DNA of 64,000 bases from Amoebidium appalachense (taxonomy: Eukaryota; Protista; Ichthyosporea). Numbering within the stretch: the first letter of the stretch is position 1; each line of letters starts with the position of its first letter. Where the stretch lies: contig CAVNZM010000013.1 in assembly GCA_963693365.1 (NCBI GenBank), forward strand, positions 1,079,817 to 1,143,816, in the 5' to 3' direction. Of this stretch, positions 1 to 18,287 are shown one piece after another. The position numbers were made by a program, and so were the translations under genes. The notes under the pieces were generated by a model that saw nothing but the letters and a program-made list of their open reading frames with translations, had not been told where the DNA came from and did not search any database.

Positions 1-74
1 GTGGGAGGATGAAAAACATTCATCACCATTTAGAAAATGTACTGCAGGCATGCCAAAAACATGAGGGAAAAAAT

Positions 75-111
<37 letters not shown>

Positions 112-863
112 GGTGTGTTTGTGTGTGTGTGTGGGGGGGGGGGGGGGGGGAGGGGAGGGGGGGGGGGGGGAGTGCAAAGGAACCATTCACGACAGACACA
201 TTACTGCAAATCATAGCATAAGAAAATTAGTCACAATAAGTAAATTCCATAATCAAAGGGGGATCAAAGTTATCCAAAGTACCCGAGTTTCAACACATCT
301 CGCCTCCCGGGGGGGGGGGGGGGGGGGGGGGTTGAAAGAAAAAAAAAGAGGAGGAAGGTTTAAAGAGAGAAAACGGGAAGGAAGCCAAAAAGAAGTAAAA
401 AAGGAAGGGAGTGAAGGTATCTCTAGAAGGGAAAAAATGGAAAAACCGATGGGTACAAGTAATTCCTTGAAGCACCTTAAAAAAAAAACAAAAAAAAACA
501 AACATTTGGCTTTGTACCACAAGTTTCCAGCAATGTATAACTACTCCCTTCACCCACCACAGTCCAAGAAATCAGCCGTTTCCTATGTTGTGTAGTGTCA
601 CACAAGTTGCATGCACTGTAGCTGTATCTGACATATCTCGGTTGATGCTTTCTTTTGAACCACTCAATCAAATTATTATAATCACAATGAGCCGAGGTTT
701 GTTTGCTAAAGGAGGTGGGGAAGGGGGGGGAGGGGGGAGGGGGGAGGGGGGGGGGGGGTCTCAAATGTGTGTAGCAGGATCCGGTCATCATAATCAAACT
801 ATAAGGGGTTTACCAAAGAAAAAAGGGCCGGGCAGGGGGGCGGGGGGAGGGGGATCAATTGGT

Positions 864-916
<53 letters not shown>

Positions 917-921
917 CCCAC

Positions 922-1493
922 CTATGCCCTTGCCCATTGCTATGTCTGCACTGATGCAGTGAGCAAGGCTGTCAGTGGAAGAAAAAAGGTCCCCCGATAC
1001 CTCCGTCAGCCTGAGCCCTCTGTGTGGAAATGGAAAAAAGTGAAAATTAGTCAGCGGGTGTGGGGATTTTATTATGTACCGTTATCGAAGTATCTGCCAT
1101 CTTCTAAAATTCTCTAGGAATACTTTATATGGCAATTGCGCAATTTCTAAAAAAAGATGATTACACCATACATACATAGGTAAAGCCAACACATATGTCA
1201 CCGATGCCAATATGACGTAAATATTACGTCATAATGCCGCCACACCGTCAAATATTCTCACATAAGGTAGACATCTATTATTAGTGCTAGAGAGTGTGTG
1301 GGCTACTATCAGATTTGGTAAATTGGTGCAAGAGATGTGTAGATAGACTTGGTCAAGCTAGTCGCGGTCCATCTTGATAGCGCAACGTGTACGGGATAGT
1401 GGTGAGATAAGAAACACGCTAGAGACTGTGTCGCGTGCACGCACGTGTGTGATGTGTGTGTGTGTGTATGTGTGCTGTTTGGCGTGTCTGTGT

Positions 1494-1588
<95 letters not shown>

Positions 1589-1679
1589 TGCGCATGTGTG
1601 TGTGTGTGTATGTGTATCAGTCTGTGTGTGTGTTGTGCGGGTGTATGTGTGTTTGTGTGTCTGTGTGTGTGTCTGTGTG

Positions 1680-1714
<35 letters not shown>

Positions 1715-1867
1715 GAGGAAGGGAGTTGTAGGGGAGGGAAAGGGATAATACCTTTTTTTCTCGGTGTCAATGCTTGACGTGTTAGTTTCTTTCTCTGTGT
1801 TCTCGTGCTTCTGCTGCTTGACTTTTGGGTTTTGGTCGGGCGCAGTGGAAACAAGAAACCGTTTCAT
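922..1867 (-). CDS. OARD1: TARG1/OARD1-like ADP-ribose glycohydrolase (macrodomain), first two exons; 3' exons not resolved
   Basis: Exon 1867-1752 (MKRFLVSTAPDQ...DTEKK; donor AG|GTATTA) joins in frame to exon 1019-922 (acceptor CACACAG; RGLRLTEVSGDLFSSTDSLAHCISADIAMGKGI). This matches the TARG1 signature GDLF...DSLAHCISxDxxMGxGIA. Confidence 0.8.
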
Positions 1868-2215
1868 GGTGAAACCTGAAACGATAAGGGAGTTGGAATA
1901 ATATTGAGGGGAAAAGAGAGGGAAGGGGGGGGGGGGGGGGGGGGGGGGAATGAGAGACAGAGGCAAAGAGGGAGGGAGAGAGGGGGTGGGGGTGGGGTGG
2001 GGGGGGGGGGGGGTTGGAACAACATTGGTTAGAGCAAGAATGGAGAAAAAAAGGGCAAATTGTCGGCAACAGGCCGGGGGGGGGGGGGGGGGGGGCGTGG
2101 ATAACCAGACTATACCCTGTGTTCAAGTCAAATCATGTTGTACTTGAAACAGATGTCCCATCTCTTCTAGCTTTTGAACTCTCTCTCTCTCTCTCTCTCT
2201 CCCTCCCTCCCTCCC

Positions 2216-2267
<52 letters not shown>

Positions 2268-3171
2268 CCTCTCCATTCTCTCTCTCTCTCTCCCCCTCCT
2301 CTCTCCCTCCCTCCCACCCCTCCCTCCCCCTCCCCCCCCCCCCCCCCCCCCCCTTCCCAACTCCCCCTCCCCCCCCCACCCCCACCCCCTCTCCCTCTCC
2401 CTCTCCCTCCCTCCCTTCCTACCTCCCTCCTTCCCTCTCCCGCTCTCTCCCTTTCTCTCCCCCCTCCCACCCCCCCACCCCACCTCACCCTCCTCTCCCC
2501 CACCCACCTTCCCCTCTCCAGGAAGTGGCCTAAACCTCCATCTGTTGCCTTTTCTTTAGTCAGCATAACACATGCTTCTACAACGGATTCATAAGGACCG
2601 GATCTCTTTCGTAAGCCCCCATATCCATCTCCTCCTCGTGCTCCTCGTTAACACCACCTTGTTCTCATGTATTTTCAAGCATAACCCATGCCACTAAGTC
2701 TATTGCATTAGCGCACAACTACGCTTCGTCATGTGAGTAAAGCGGTGGGAGAGGCCGGTTAGGCAGGGGGAAGGGGGGAGAAAGAGAGGTGGGTGGGGAG
2801 GGGGAGTGGGGGTGGGGGGGGGGGGGGACTGTTGGGGATGCGTTCGATGCGAGCTATGAGTTACCATTGGTCGGAATGAAAGCCTAAAAAGAGGAATGTC
2901 AGAAGGATTGGTTACCTTGGCCACGCAAAAGCGCACTTTCCACCACGCTATTATGCAGACTGAAAGACGCAGCAGCTCTTCGCAGAGCCAACAGCCCTTC
3001 TCCCCGTGTCAGACGCACACAGCATGCAGAAACGGTCATGTCGGACTTGCTCTTCGTGTTTTTTTGTATAAGCAGACTATCACTAGAAAAATCGCTATGT
3101 CTTCTATGTGCTCTGTGCCTCGTTGGGTAGAAGTGGTGTTGGTTGGCCTGATTACAGTCTGCTCAGAGGAA

Positions 3172-3373
3172 TGTCTCTATCTGAGTTGCACGGTGACGAA
3201 TTCCGTATAATCCTCAATTGTAAATCTTACCTGGGCCTTTCCTGGATTATTTCTATTAGTTACGCCACCCTTTGTCTCTATCTGAGTTGCACGGTGACGA
3301 ATTCCGTATAATCCTCAATTGTAAATCTTACCTGGGCCTTTCCTGGATTATTTCTATTAGTTACGCCACCCTT
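3172..3373. repeat. 101-bp tandem duplication
   Basis: 3172-3272 is repeated at 3273-3373 (TGTCTCTATCTGAGTTGCACGG...TACGCCACCCTT). Confidence 0.95.
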
Positions 3374-3645
3374 AGTGATTACTTTGACTCAGCGGCTCAG
3401 TTGACATGTTCAGCGACCAGAATTAGAAAGCTAGAAACCCGTTTCTAACTCTCTGAGAAACGAGCCCCGGCCGATTACGTAATCGCCTGTCTCCCCCTAG
3501 ATCAGCAAGGCCTCCTGTCACGGCCGTCTCGAAAATTCTATTTTAGGTTTTCTATTTTTAGTAACACCCTTACATTTTGGTAGTATCAATATCCCGTGTT
3601 CCACAGGGCCGTGTTCCTGTAGATCACACGGAAACCCCCAACCCA

Positions 3646-3721
<76 letters not shown>

Positions 3722-3857
3722 TTCTCCCCCCCCCCCCCCCCCTCCCCTCCCCTCACTGGGCCTAGCTACCCCGCCAACCCCCCTTCCCCCCCCTTCCCCC
3801 CTCCCCCTCCCACTAACCTCCCCCTCCCCTCCCCCCCCCCCCACGTGCCCTCCCCCC

Positions 3858-3906
<49 letters not shown>

Positions 3907-4117
3907 CATCACCACCACCACCACCACCACCACCACCACCACCCCACACCCCACACCGTGACACACACACACACACACATGTACACACGCACTCACCCCT
4001 CACCCCCCAGCCCCTCCCGCGCCTTCCCTCTCATTCACTTCCCGAGGCCCTTTGTCGTGACGACATAGCCCATTTGCACATTATTTTTTTATTTTCCTGG
4101 GATATATTTGTAAGACT

Positions 4118-4155
<38 letters not shown>

Positions 4156-4340
4156 TTTTCAGCCTCCCTCCCTCCCCCTCCCCCCCGGCCCTCCTCCAGA
4201 GGCTAAAAACTTTGAAAAACCCCACAAGCCCCCCGCAACACCTCATATCACGTGAGGTGCCACCCCCCCCTTCCCTTCGGTGCCTCCTCCCTACTAGCGG
4301 CGTACACTATCCCCCCCACCCCCACCACCACCTTAGAGCC

Positions 4341-4379
<39 letters not shown>

Positions 4380-4452
4380 TTCAACCTCCAAAAAAACCCA
4401 CTCTACCCACTCGGGACGGGGTCCCCGTTGTGTGTGGGTGTGTGTGTACACG

Positions 4453-4495
<43 letters not shown>

Positions 4496-4509
4496 TGTGT
4501 GTGTTTGTC

Positions 4510-4559
<50 letters not shown>

Positions 4560-4708
4560 GAGAGGGAGGGGGGGAGGGGGAGAGAGAGAGAGAGAGGAAG
4601 GGGGGCAGGGGGGGAGGAGGGGGGGAGAGGGGGTCGAGGAGGATGGGTCAGGGCGGTTGGCTTTGACATATATCAGGACTGCGCATGCAATAATACATTA
4701 ATACACAG

Positions 4709-4859
4709 AAAAGGTACGAGCTCGGAATGAAGCAGCTCCAGCCGAAAGTAGATCGCATAAATGTGCATTTTGAGGGTGGAAAAAAATTAAGGAAAGAATG
4801 TTCGAACGTGGTGAGTAGTACTGGCAATGCGCACGCACGCACGTGGGTGGTTGGTAGTG

Positions 4860-4923
<64 letters not shown>

Positions 4924-5400
4924 GGGTCGGGGGAAGGGGGGCTCGGGGCCCGGGGGCCGGGAGGGGGGGGGGGGGGGGGGTAGCGGCTTGTTAGATACCC
5001 GACACAAAAAGAAAAAAGGTAAAAAAGAATGGTGTCAAGTCAAGGGTTGGGCACAGTCACACCCGGCAGTTTATTTTCACATCTCACGTGTGCTGTCGTA
5101 AGACCCCCTGATAGAAGCCTATGGATGTTGAGCTCCCCCTCCCCACTCCTCCCCTCCCCTCCCCCCCCCCCCCCCCCTCCCCCCCGGCCCTTTCTTCCCC
5201 TCACCTCCCCCAGGGCCCGCTCCCTTCCCTCCTCCCTCCTCCCCGTCGATCCAACTGGGCGAGGATCCTTGCGAGACCATAGCATAATAATGTATGCGCT
5301 AAATTGCCATGTATAGGCGTATGCTGATAAGGCAACAAAACTGACCACATCGATTACTAAAGCTACTGACGACAAGTGGTCGGCAAGCAGCAAATATTAG
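4709..5400 (+). CDS. Putative last two exons of a hypothetical gene
   Basis: 4709-4810 (CACAG| ... |GTGAGT, 34 codons, KRYELGMKQLQPKVDRINVHFEGGKKLRKECSNV) and 5317-5400 (TATAG|AYADKATKLTTSITKATDDKWSASSKY*) join in phase 0. No homology recognised. Confidence 0.35.
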
Positions 5401-6327
5401 GGCATGGCTCAGTAATGAATACGATACTAGGCCACAATCACAGAAGAAAGATCACGAATATATATCCCCCCATTTAACGAGATATTTATGTCGTGTCTCA
5501 TCAGTTAGCCTGTCTTTAATTGATTTGGACATAGGCAAGAAAAGGCTGTGTGTGCAATCACTAATAATCCAGCAGGTTAGTAAGTAATCAAAGTTATGCC
5601 CGTACCCAGCATATCGAACCCTGCAAACACATATCCCTCTAAGCGCTAGCCCTCGGGAAGTCTGACTGATATGAAGTTCAAGCAAGCAGGCATAATATAT
5701 GGCTTCACCTGTTTCAGACATATTTCAAACCATTATTCCTACTTTTTTTTTTGTTGTTTCAAGATCCTTTTTTTTGCGAGCCAGAATTTCCCACCAAAAT
5801 TTCCAAATATGGCTAATTAGTCAAATTGCGCATGAATAATTGGTTTTAAGCAATTTATTTTGAAATTACAAAACACCTACTTTTTTTTTGTTGCTTTATA
5901 TATTTCCGGTAGTATAGATTCCACAACAGCTTTTTCACCTCTCTCGTATATCCCCCATATATCCCATCGACAAACATCTCACGTGTTGTGCCTGTTGCGC
6001 TGGCAATCGGGGCAGTTGCAGTAATCTGACGATGGGGGCACTCCCCCAGGTCCCGGGGGGAGGGTTCTGGGTCTGTCCCCCACCTTGCTTGGGTTTGATC
6101 TGCCCGTTGAGCTGTGGTGGTGGTCGTCTTGGTTTGAGTTTCTTCTTATTTTACCTTCAATGTTTTGTATTCTTTTTTATTCTTTTTTTTTTTTATTCTT
6201 TTTCTTTTTTTTTTCTTCTTTTTGGTAGAAAAGGTGGTGGTGGTGATGAGGGGGGGGATGAGGGGGGGGGGGGGGGGGGGGGGGGGGGTGTTGAGTCAGG
6301 GAGCGATATTTCCGAGATAATTTTCAG

Positions 6328-6365
<38 letters not shown>

Positions 6366-6676
6366 GGGGAAGGGGGGGGGGGGGGGGGGGGGGGAGTATG
6401 TGTTGATTGACAAATTCCAAGTGATGTCTTGTGTGTGGCCGTCGTAAAAGGGAACTTCGGGTCTAAGAGCAGCTATCCATTGAAATGATTTACTTTATTA
6501 CTTAGTTAAAATGCTAGATGTATCTCAGGTGTGCGTGCACGCGGTGCGTGCATGTACTAATATTAATACGTACCTGTGTGCATGTGTGTGCGTGCGTGTG
6601 TGCGTGTGCGTTTGTGTGCGTGCGTGTGTGCATGTGTGTGTGCGTGCGTGTGTGCATGGATGCAATTTTATTTTTT

Positions 6677-6729
<53 letters not shown>

Positions 6730-6807
6730 GCGGGAGGGGGGGGAAGGGAGGGGGGCCGGGGGGGGGGGGGGGGGGGGGAAGGGAGGGGGGCCGGGCGGGG
6801 GGGGTTC

Positions 6808-6989
6808 ATTACATCATTCATCAACTTCTCGGCCATTGTTTTCACGCGAGGCAGCTCATAATTCTGGTCGGCATAGACCCCCGCCACGGCACCCACCAGC
6901 ATGCCAAACATGAAGCGGCGGCTCATCTTGCTGAGGATGTAGCCTGCTGCAAACGCCTTGATGATGGGCACTGGTAGTTTCTCGGCCAT
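6808..6989 (-). CDS. STMP1/DUF4535-like short transmembrane mitochondrial protein, exon 1
   Basis: MAEKLPVPIIKAFAAGYILSKMSRRFMFGMLVGAVAGVYADQNYELPRVKTMAEKLMND contains the family motif GxxxGxYxxQNYxxP. Probable donor GTAATG before the poly(C). A terminal exon may lie near 5980-6150, frame uncertain. Confidence 0.7.
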
Positions 6990-7703
6990 TCCGTGATATC
7001 AGTTTGGAGGAAAGCAAAGAAGCCAAAAAACTGACAATATAGTTACAGTGGTTGCACTTTCACTGCAGCTGTGTTTCAAAAATCCTGTTGGCGGGACGGG
7101 GTGAATTCAGGTTGACTGAGGCTCTTGGTTAGCTATTCGGAGTTCCTGCTAGGATATCGATCCTTGTTGGTTGAATGAAACGAAGGGAATGCACATGTAC
7201 AAATATTCAATACATGCGGTATGCTGTAAAGAGTGTGCATGAAGCCGGTCTTTGATATTTTGTGAAAATCTGCAGCTCCGTTTTTGTGGTCAACCTCGTG
7301 ACGAAGTGTTCGAACTGAGCGCCAATCCCCTCTCTATATACTCGTCATGACGTCACGTTTCCCGCCAAGTTCGAGCCAAGGGATTGGCTTTTGGCTAAAA
7401 GCCGATTGGTCCGCGCGCTGAGGTCACGCTGACTCATGCGATCTGGCTTTTTCGGTGGCTCAAAACCGATTGCGTAAATATTGTCTTCAAAAGCATTTTC
7501 ACCATTAACTGGAATAATAGGCTACTATTAATCTGTACAACAAATCTGGTTGTGCATATATCTGGGGAGCTCTTGTCTAGCGTAACTAGCGTTACACGTT
7601 TGCGCGCACTGGCGGTCTGGCATCCGTGCTGGAATGCGTAATCGCATTCCATATTACGTAATCCCTGTGAAGCCGACTTATCCGGAAGTCGACTGATCGA
7701 CAT

Positions 7704-8069
7704 TGTATGAGTGAGATTGTCCCACAATCACACGCATATGAATTTGTACTTGGAGTCATAGGAAGAGACCAGATCCGCAGAGACCCTGCCCGAGCCTCAT
7801 GGCTCCCCCTATACTATGCCGCTGATTACGCTCATATATGGTAGCAGAGACAGCCCGACCGCCCTCTGATGGCCTAGCCGCTTTCCACTGCGCACTGCTA
7901 TGAGCTCGGGGCGAGCTCACTCCCGCCGCCGAGATGTATGAGTGAGATTGTCCCACAATCACACGCATATGAATTTGTACTTGGAGTCATAGGCAGAGAC
8001 CAGATCCGCAGAGACCCTGCCCGAGCCTCATGGCTCCCCCTATACTATGCCGCTGATTACGCTCATATA
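7704..8069. repeat. Direct repeat of ~135 bp, period 231
   Basis: 7704-7838 and 7935-8069 are identical except one base (GGAAGAG vs GGCAGAG). Confidence 0.93.
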
Positions 8070-8584
8070 ACATGTCACAACGGTACTCTGCAGAGTGTCA
8101 CCGTCTACACGTGAGGGAGAGAAATTGAATGTTTTCTAAGTGCGGCGTCCCTAAGGGCACAGAGATATTTGATTTTGAAAGGGAAAGGGGCCCCCGGGGG
8201 GGGAGGGGGGGGGGGGAGTAAGCGAGAGGATTGGAGAGAGGGCTCAAGGAGGGGAAGGCGGGGAGGGGGGAGGGGGGAAGGGGGGATACTGACCACAAGA
8301 AAGAGGCACGCACACACACAGAGAGATCTAACGGGAGAAAGGGGGGAAGGGGAAGGGGGGGGGGGGAGGGCGGAGAGATATTAAGTACGTACGAGAGAGG
8401 GATGGAGAGTATGAGAGAGAGACAGAGAGAGAGAGAGAAGCTATAGTAATACCGTAGCACCCTAGCTAGAGTACTGTCGGTGCTGGGTTGGAAGTCGGTA
8501 CTCCCCCCTGCTGAGGGCCCAAGGAGTCCCTCCGGGAACAAAACGAGATAAAGTAATAAATAAAAAAAAATAAAAAAAAAGGTG

Positions 8585-8624
<40 letters not shown>

Positions 8625-9420
8625 CGGGCCCCCTCTTCCCCTCCCAAAACGCCCGGGCTCCGGGCTCCCCGAAGCTAACTGTACACAGTGGTAGGAAGGC
8701 TGTGACTTGGGTATTGTTCGCTGAGCGTCACTTCATCGTAACACTCGAATACGTTTTTCAATGTTTTGTTTTTAAAATTATGATTCTACCGTCTTTTGTG
8801 ACCGTGGGTATGTGTATGAACATGAACACCAGTGTTCAACTCTCACTGACTTTGAACGATACATGTTCATGGGGGGAGTAGCATAGCTGATAAAAAAATA
8901 ATAGAAAACACCGTTTCTTTAGTGGCTACCGGCCCCACGCCACGAGAGATTCTGAACCATATCGCCAGCTAAACATGTAACTCAGAACACAGCACGTTAC
9001 AGTAAAGCACACATGCAACTGGAGTACGGTTGTAATCATCAGTAAACATGTCCCGCGGCCACCTGAGCACACTTGTGACCCTAAAGATGTGCCGGTTGCA
9101 ATTGCACAACGGCTTACACAAACACATTTCAACCCCAGCCATAGTTGCAGCAACGCAGGATTTTAATCTTCCTAAAATGCCACACATTGCCCACATTTAT
9201 TCATAGTACAAGCATCCTACTTCGTCCAATGCGCATACATCACATTCGGGCTGTTAATAACGAGAAAATGGTACCACGTTATCATGTATCATCGCATATG
9301 CACGCTGTAGTATAAAATTTTCCAAAAAAAAAAAAAAAAAAAAAAAAAAAGCACGCATAAGTGATACTCAAGTTGTCGCTCATTCTCAGACAAGTGTTCG
9401 TTCATGTGACCTCTGTCCAA

Positions 9421-13325
<3,905 letters not shown>

Positions 13326-15278
13326 GATGTTTGTTGGCCCTCTCTGTGAGGATGAGAGTGAGGATACAACTATATCCCTACAGAAAATTGGGATAGTTGG
13401 GATACAATGAGCGTATGAAGCGTGGAAGAATTTGGCTCATATATGTGCATAGCAAAGGAAAGGCGGTGGTGTGTGTGTTTGTGTCTGTGTGTCTGTGTTT
13501 TTGAAAGCCTTCGCTGTGGCGTGTCACAACTTTCAAACAGACAAAAAAAAAGTGGTTGTCTCCCTAGTTGGTGTACCTCTTTGCGTAGCCAATAGGAATG
13601 GATAATATAAATCATGTATGATTTTGATTGGTGTTTACGAGATGGCGCCAAAATTTTGGAATGCAAAGTGGGCAAACTAAGAATAGATTCCGACTCTATC
13701 AATCTTACAATGACAGGTTCGACATCCCAATGTAAAAAGAAACTGCTTGTCATAGTTCTTTTCATTATTATACAATAAAGACTCATATTGAATGATATCA
13801 GGCTTAGAGGCTGGCCACATGTATGAGTCGCCTTCAACCTTGGCCGGACTTCAAGTTGCCGTGACCTTGTGACCTCAAGGTTGGTGCAAGGAATTTGATA
13901 GATCCATACTGGCCAATAAGAACGAATCCACATGAGCCTATCTATGGGGAAAAGACAAGTATGGGTACTTTTGTCGCACAGCGATTGGCTGAACACGCCT
14001 ATCAGATGCCGAACAGCCGACTCGTGACGGAAGCCGGGTCGTGAAGCTGTGACGGGCGGACTTGGGCGAAAGTTTGAAACTTTCTGTTTTGTTTCCTTTT
14101 CCTTTCGTTTTTATAACATCCCGTGCAGATGACCGCCAATCTATGACACGCCCACCCGGCGGTTGATGGTAACTCAGACTAATCTGCTGAACCCCTAACA
14201 CGCCTGATTGAGGTTTGCAGGAATTTTAGTAAGTGGAGCTGATGATGCTTGCCAGGCGTTGAGGCAACGGCTTGTCTCCGGAGCTGCTCTAAGATCTTAC
14301 CTATCCATATACACGTCGGCGTTGTGCAAAGTGTGTGTTGTTGATTTTCTTCCTTTGTTAGGCCACTACTACTGAGCTTACAAACGCAGCTCGCAGCGGC
14401 TCGGATATCGATCACGATCCGGCGACGCTGCATACCAAAGCCAAGAAAAAGCATGTTCCCCGAAACGACTAAGTAGGTCTGGCAAGAATCGGTGAAGGAA
14501 AACAGGAAGATTGAAACTTGACGACTATCTATATATGCAAAGCAACGACGTGAATGTATGTGTGTGTGTGCGTGTGCGTGGGCACGTTTGAGCAAGTGTA
14601 GGAGTGCATGCGTCTTTGTCGTGTGTGGGCCTACATGTGCATGTGTGTATGCCTCCCCCATCCCCCCCATGCCCCCCTCTCTCTCTCCCCCTATCTTCCC
14701 CCCTCCATCACTCCCCCCTCTCTCCCTCCCTCCCTCCCTCCCTCCCTCCCTCCCTCCCTCACTCACTCACTCACTCACTCACTCCTTCACTCCTTCCCTC
14801 CCTCTCTTCCTCCTTCCCTCCCTCCCTCCCTCCCTCCCTCCCTCCCTCCCTCCCTCCCTCCCTCTAGCTTGCCTCTGAGTCAGTTGTGCGCGCGTGAGTG
14901 CATGAGCGTGTGGACGTGTGAAGTGTATCCGCTCGTGTGCTGCTGTCACTGTGTAGTGTGTTAGGGTTCAATCTTGCCATGGGTGGAAGTGTGTGCTGGT
15001 GTGGACGCACAAGGGGACGAGTGTGCTTGTGCAATCAGGTGTTCGTGCGTGCGTGCGTGTGTGTGTGACTGTGTGTGTGTGTTTTCTCTGCATATGTGGA
15101 GGTGGCCGTCACCGTAACTGGAAGGAGTTTTCAACGGGCGCGTGCAAGAAGTACAGGCCCAAAAGAAAGGCCTCAGACTCGATCGTGAGCCGGGCTGTTC
15201 TTCATGAGAAGGGAGGGGTGGGGGCTGGGTAGGGAAGGGCGGCGGGGAGAGGGGGCAAGAGAAAGGGCAGTAAAAAAT

Positions 15279-15330
<52 letters not shown>

Positions 15331-15581
15331 CCCCCCCCCCCCCTCTCCCCCCAAGCCCCCCTCTCAGTTCCAATTAGCCACCAAACTGTTACCCGGGACA
15401 GTCTTCTCCACGCGCTATGCCATATCCGCTGTTGTTCGCAATGTGCGGCTGCTAGCGCTGCACTCGAATTCTAATATTAGCTGGAGAGGGAGGGTAACAG
15501 AAGGCCCTCCGCAGAACTCGAAGCATTGAAAACGAACACACTTGCACACATCCACACACACATACGCACGCATGCACATAC

Positions 15582-15663
<82 letters not shown>

Positions 15664-16078
15664 ACATGCCGGAGAAACCGTTTGCACACCCCCCCCCCCC
15701 CCCCCCCCCCCCCTCTCCTCCCCCCTCGCCCCCCACCCCACCACCCTCTCCCCCCCCCCCTCCCCCCATCCGGATCCTCCCCCGAGGGTTTCTCAAGTGC
15801 TTGCTGATGCATTACACTACATCTTTATGTGTATAACAACTGCACGGCACCTGCAAGGAAGTGGCACTGCCATTTCATTGCAACCACTGCGATCGATATC
15901 CATTCTCCCATTCTCGCATTCGAAAATCAACAGGGTAGCAAGAGCTTACGTGCTTTGGCCATGAAAACTATTGAAATTTCGAAAACGATAGCAGTGGGCA
16001 CAGATAACAGGTGGACTCTTAGGTTTCAAAAAGGGTGCGGGGGGAGGGGGGGAGGGGGGGAGGGGGGGGGGGGGGGGT

Positions 16079-16364
16079 AATCGGATGTGATGATGTCCGA
16101 AACCACATGAGCTCCACAACGGGATGGCCCGAAAAGAAGACCGTGTATAGAGGTCTATATGTGTATAACTTCTTAATCAACCTCAAAGTGAACGTTTTAC
16201 GTTCCCAGGTGGTGTTCACACAATCGGATGTGATGATGTCCGAAACCACATGAGCTCCACAACGGGATGACCCGAAAAAAAGACCGTGTATAGAGGTCTA
16301 CATGTGTATAACTTCTTAATCAACCTCAAAGTGAACGTTTTACGTTCCCAGGTGGTGTTCACAC
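16079..16364. repeat. 143-bp tandem duplication
   Basis: 16079-16221 is repeated at 16222-16364 with 3 substitutions. Confidence 0.95.
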
Positions 16365-16899
16365 AAGCAGCAAATCAGGGCTGTACACTAACTTCAGGAC
16401 AAAAGGAGAAACGTTATATAACCCGATATGCCACTGTACAAAAAAAAATCTAAGTAAATAGCAAATAATAAAGCCTTCAAACGAAAACCCAACTATGTTA
16501 TTCACTCATGGTTTTTCAGAAAGTCAAGGCCATGCTCTCTGATCAAGATGGATCCAGAAACAACGGCAACTCTCCCCAAGCCAGCATACCGAAACCCTGC
16601 ACCGATCCTTCATTTAGTAGCTCCCAACATCTATGTTACTGCAACCCTGCATCAATCGAAACCTTCATAAGTACATCGTGGTTAGTCCCGCAGTTCCCAA
16701 AACTTCCCAACACTCCCCCAACTCCCACCCAAGTGTACACATTTACTGTGAAAGACGGGGCAAACACAAACACACTCTCTTGCCTTCAACCCCATCGCTC
16801 AAGAAAAATTGACATAGTCTGCCTACCCGAAGATGATTCCGTTCTCCATCTGTGCGTGCCACCATTGGGCACATGTTCCGTCACATCTCACACCATTCC

Positions 16900-18204
16900 C
16901 TACTGAGGTGGGCGGCGGTATCCATCACTCTCGTCGTTGCCCCCCTGGTTCTGGTAGTTGTATCCGTAGGGGCCATTCTGTCCCTGGGGGAACGGAGGGG
17001 GGTTTGGGTTGCCATAAGCCCCCCCATACGCAGAATTCTGTGCCGGGGAGTAACCGTAGCCCTCAGGAGCGCTTGGGGTGGGCTGGTAATACCCCTGGTT
17101 CTGGGGTGAACGTGGGGGGTTTCCTCCGTAATTTGCGCCGTAATTACCTTCAGGGGCACTCGGGGTAGGGTAATACGGCTGGGCCTGGGGTGAGCGTGGG
17201 GGGGCTCCATCGTAACGCTCCGGCTGGGGGGAACGGGAACCGGGGGACTGCCTACGCCTGCGTCTCTCATCATCTGAGTCCGACCCCTTCTCCCACGCCG
17301 CTTTGTCGTACTTTCCGAGGGAATGTGCCCCCAGCCACCCAATCAGTTTTTCGTTCTTCGGCTCGCAAGGGATGATGAACTCCCAAAGGCGCCCAGAGTC
17401 TTTGCGCTTGAACCTGGTGGCATTGTTCACGCGCACAAAGAAACACGCCTCGCGGCCGTTCTTCTCTCCCATTTTGATCTCCAGGTCGGAAACATGGCAG
17501 GGATCCTTGCCGTCGTTGGACGAGAAGAGGCAGTCGATCTCGTTCTGGTGTGAAGGAGTTGCGGCGTGAGTCAGTGGGTGTTGCTCTCTATCCCCCCCTC
17601 CCCCTACCCCTTCCCCCTACCCCCCCTCCTTCCCGTTCCAACCATCACCACCACCACCATCCCCTCCCCTACCCTCACCCCCCCGGAGGGGGCCTCCACC
17701 TCCCCTGCACCTTCCTGTTCCCAGTTCTTGCTACAAGAACAACTACTTTGTAGTGCTTAACTCTTTCTCAGTGAGTATCAGTGGCTGCCTTCTACGAAAT
17801 CCAGAATCCAGTGAAGGAAAAAGACGATAGAAACCAGAAACATTATGTATTTCACTCCTGGATTTCAGGTGTTAAGTAAGTGCTTGGAAACAACCGGGCA
17901 AGAGCAGTGGCCTCAGTATCCCCCCATCCCCCCCCCCCCCCCCTCCCCCCCCCCCCCTTCCTCTCCCGTCCCAACCACTTCCCCCCCCCCCCCCCCCCCC
18001 CCCCCCCTCACCCACCCCTTTCTGCCGCTGCACTCAAAAGCTCTGCTATCATCCTGCCCACCTCCCTCGGTTTACAAAAGACAAGTTGAAATTGATTGCC
18101 AAGAGCAAGGTGGTGCTCCCCGAGATGCGTAAAGTGACAGGGTAAACTGTTCGCTCAAGGATAGTTCGATGTGTGCTTGTCTGTATGTTTGCTTGAGGGG
18201 TTTC

Positions 18205-18287
<83 letters not shown>

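Noticed and set aside
3421-3470. TIR-like end ...TGAGAAACGAGCCCC
   Set aside because: No matching partner inverted repeat was found nearby.
14179-15960. Possible minus-strand gene fragments
   Set aside because: Could not build a consistent in-frame spliced model.
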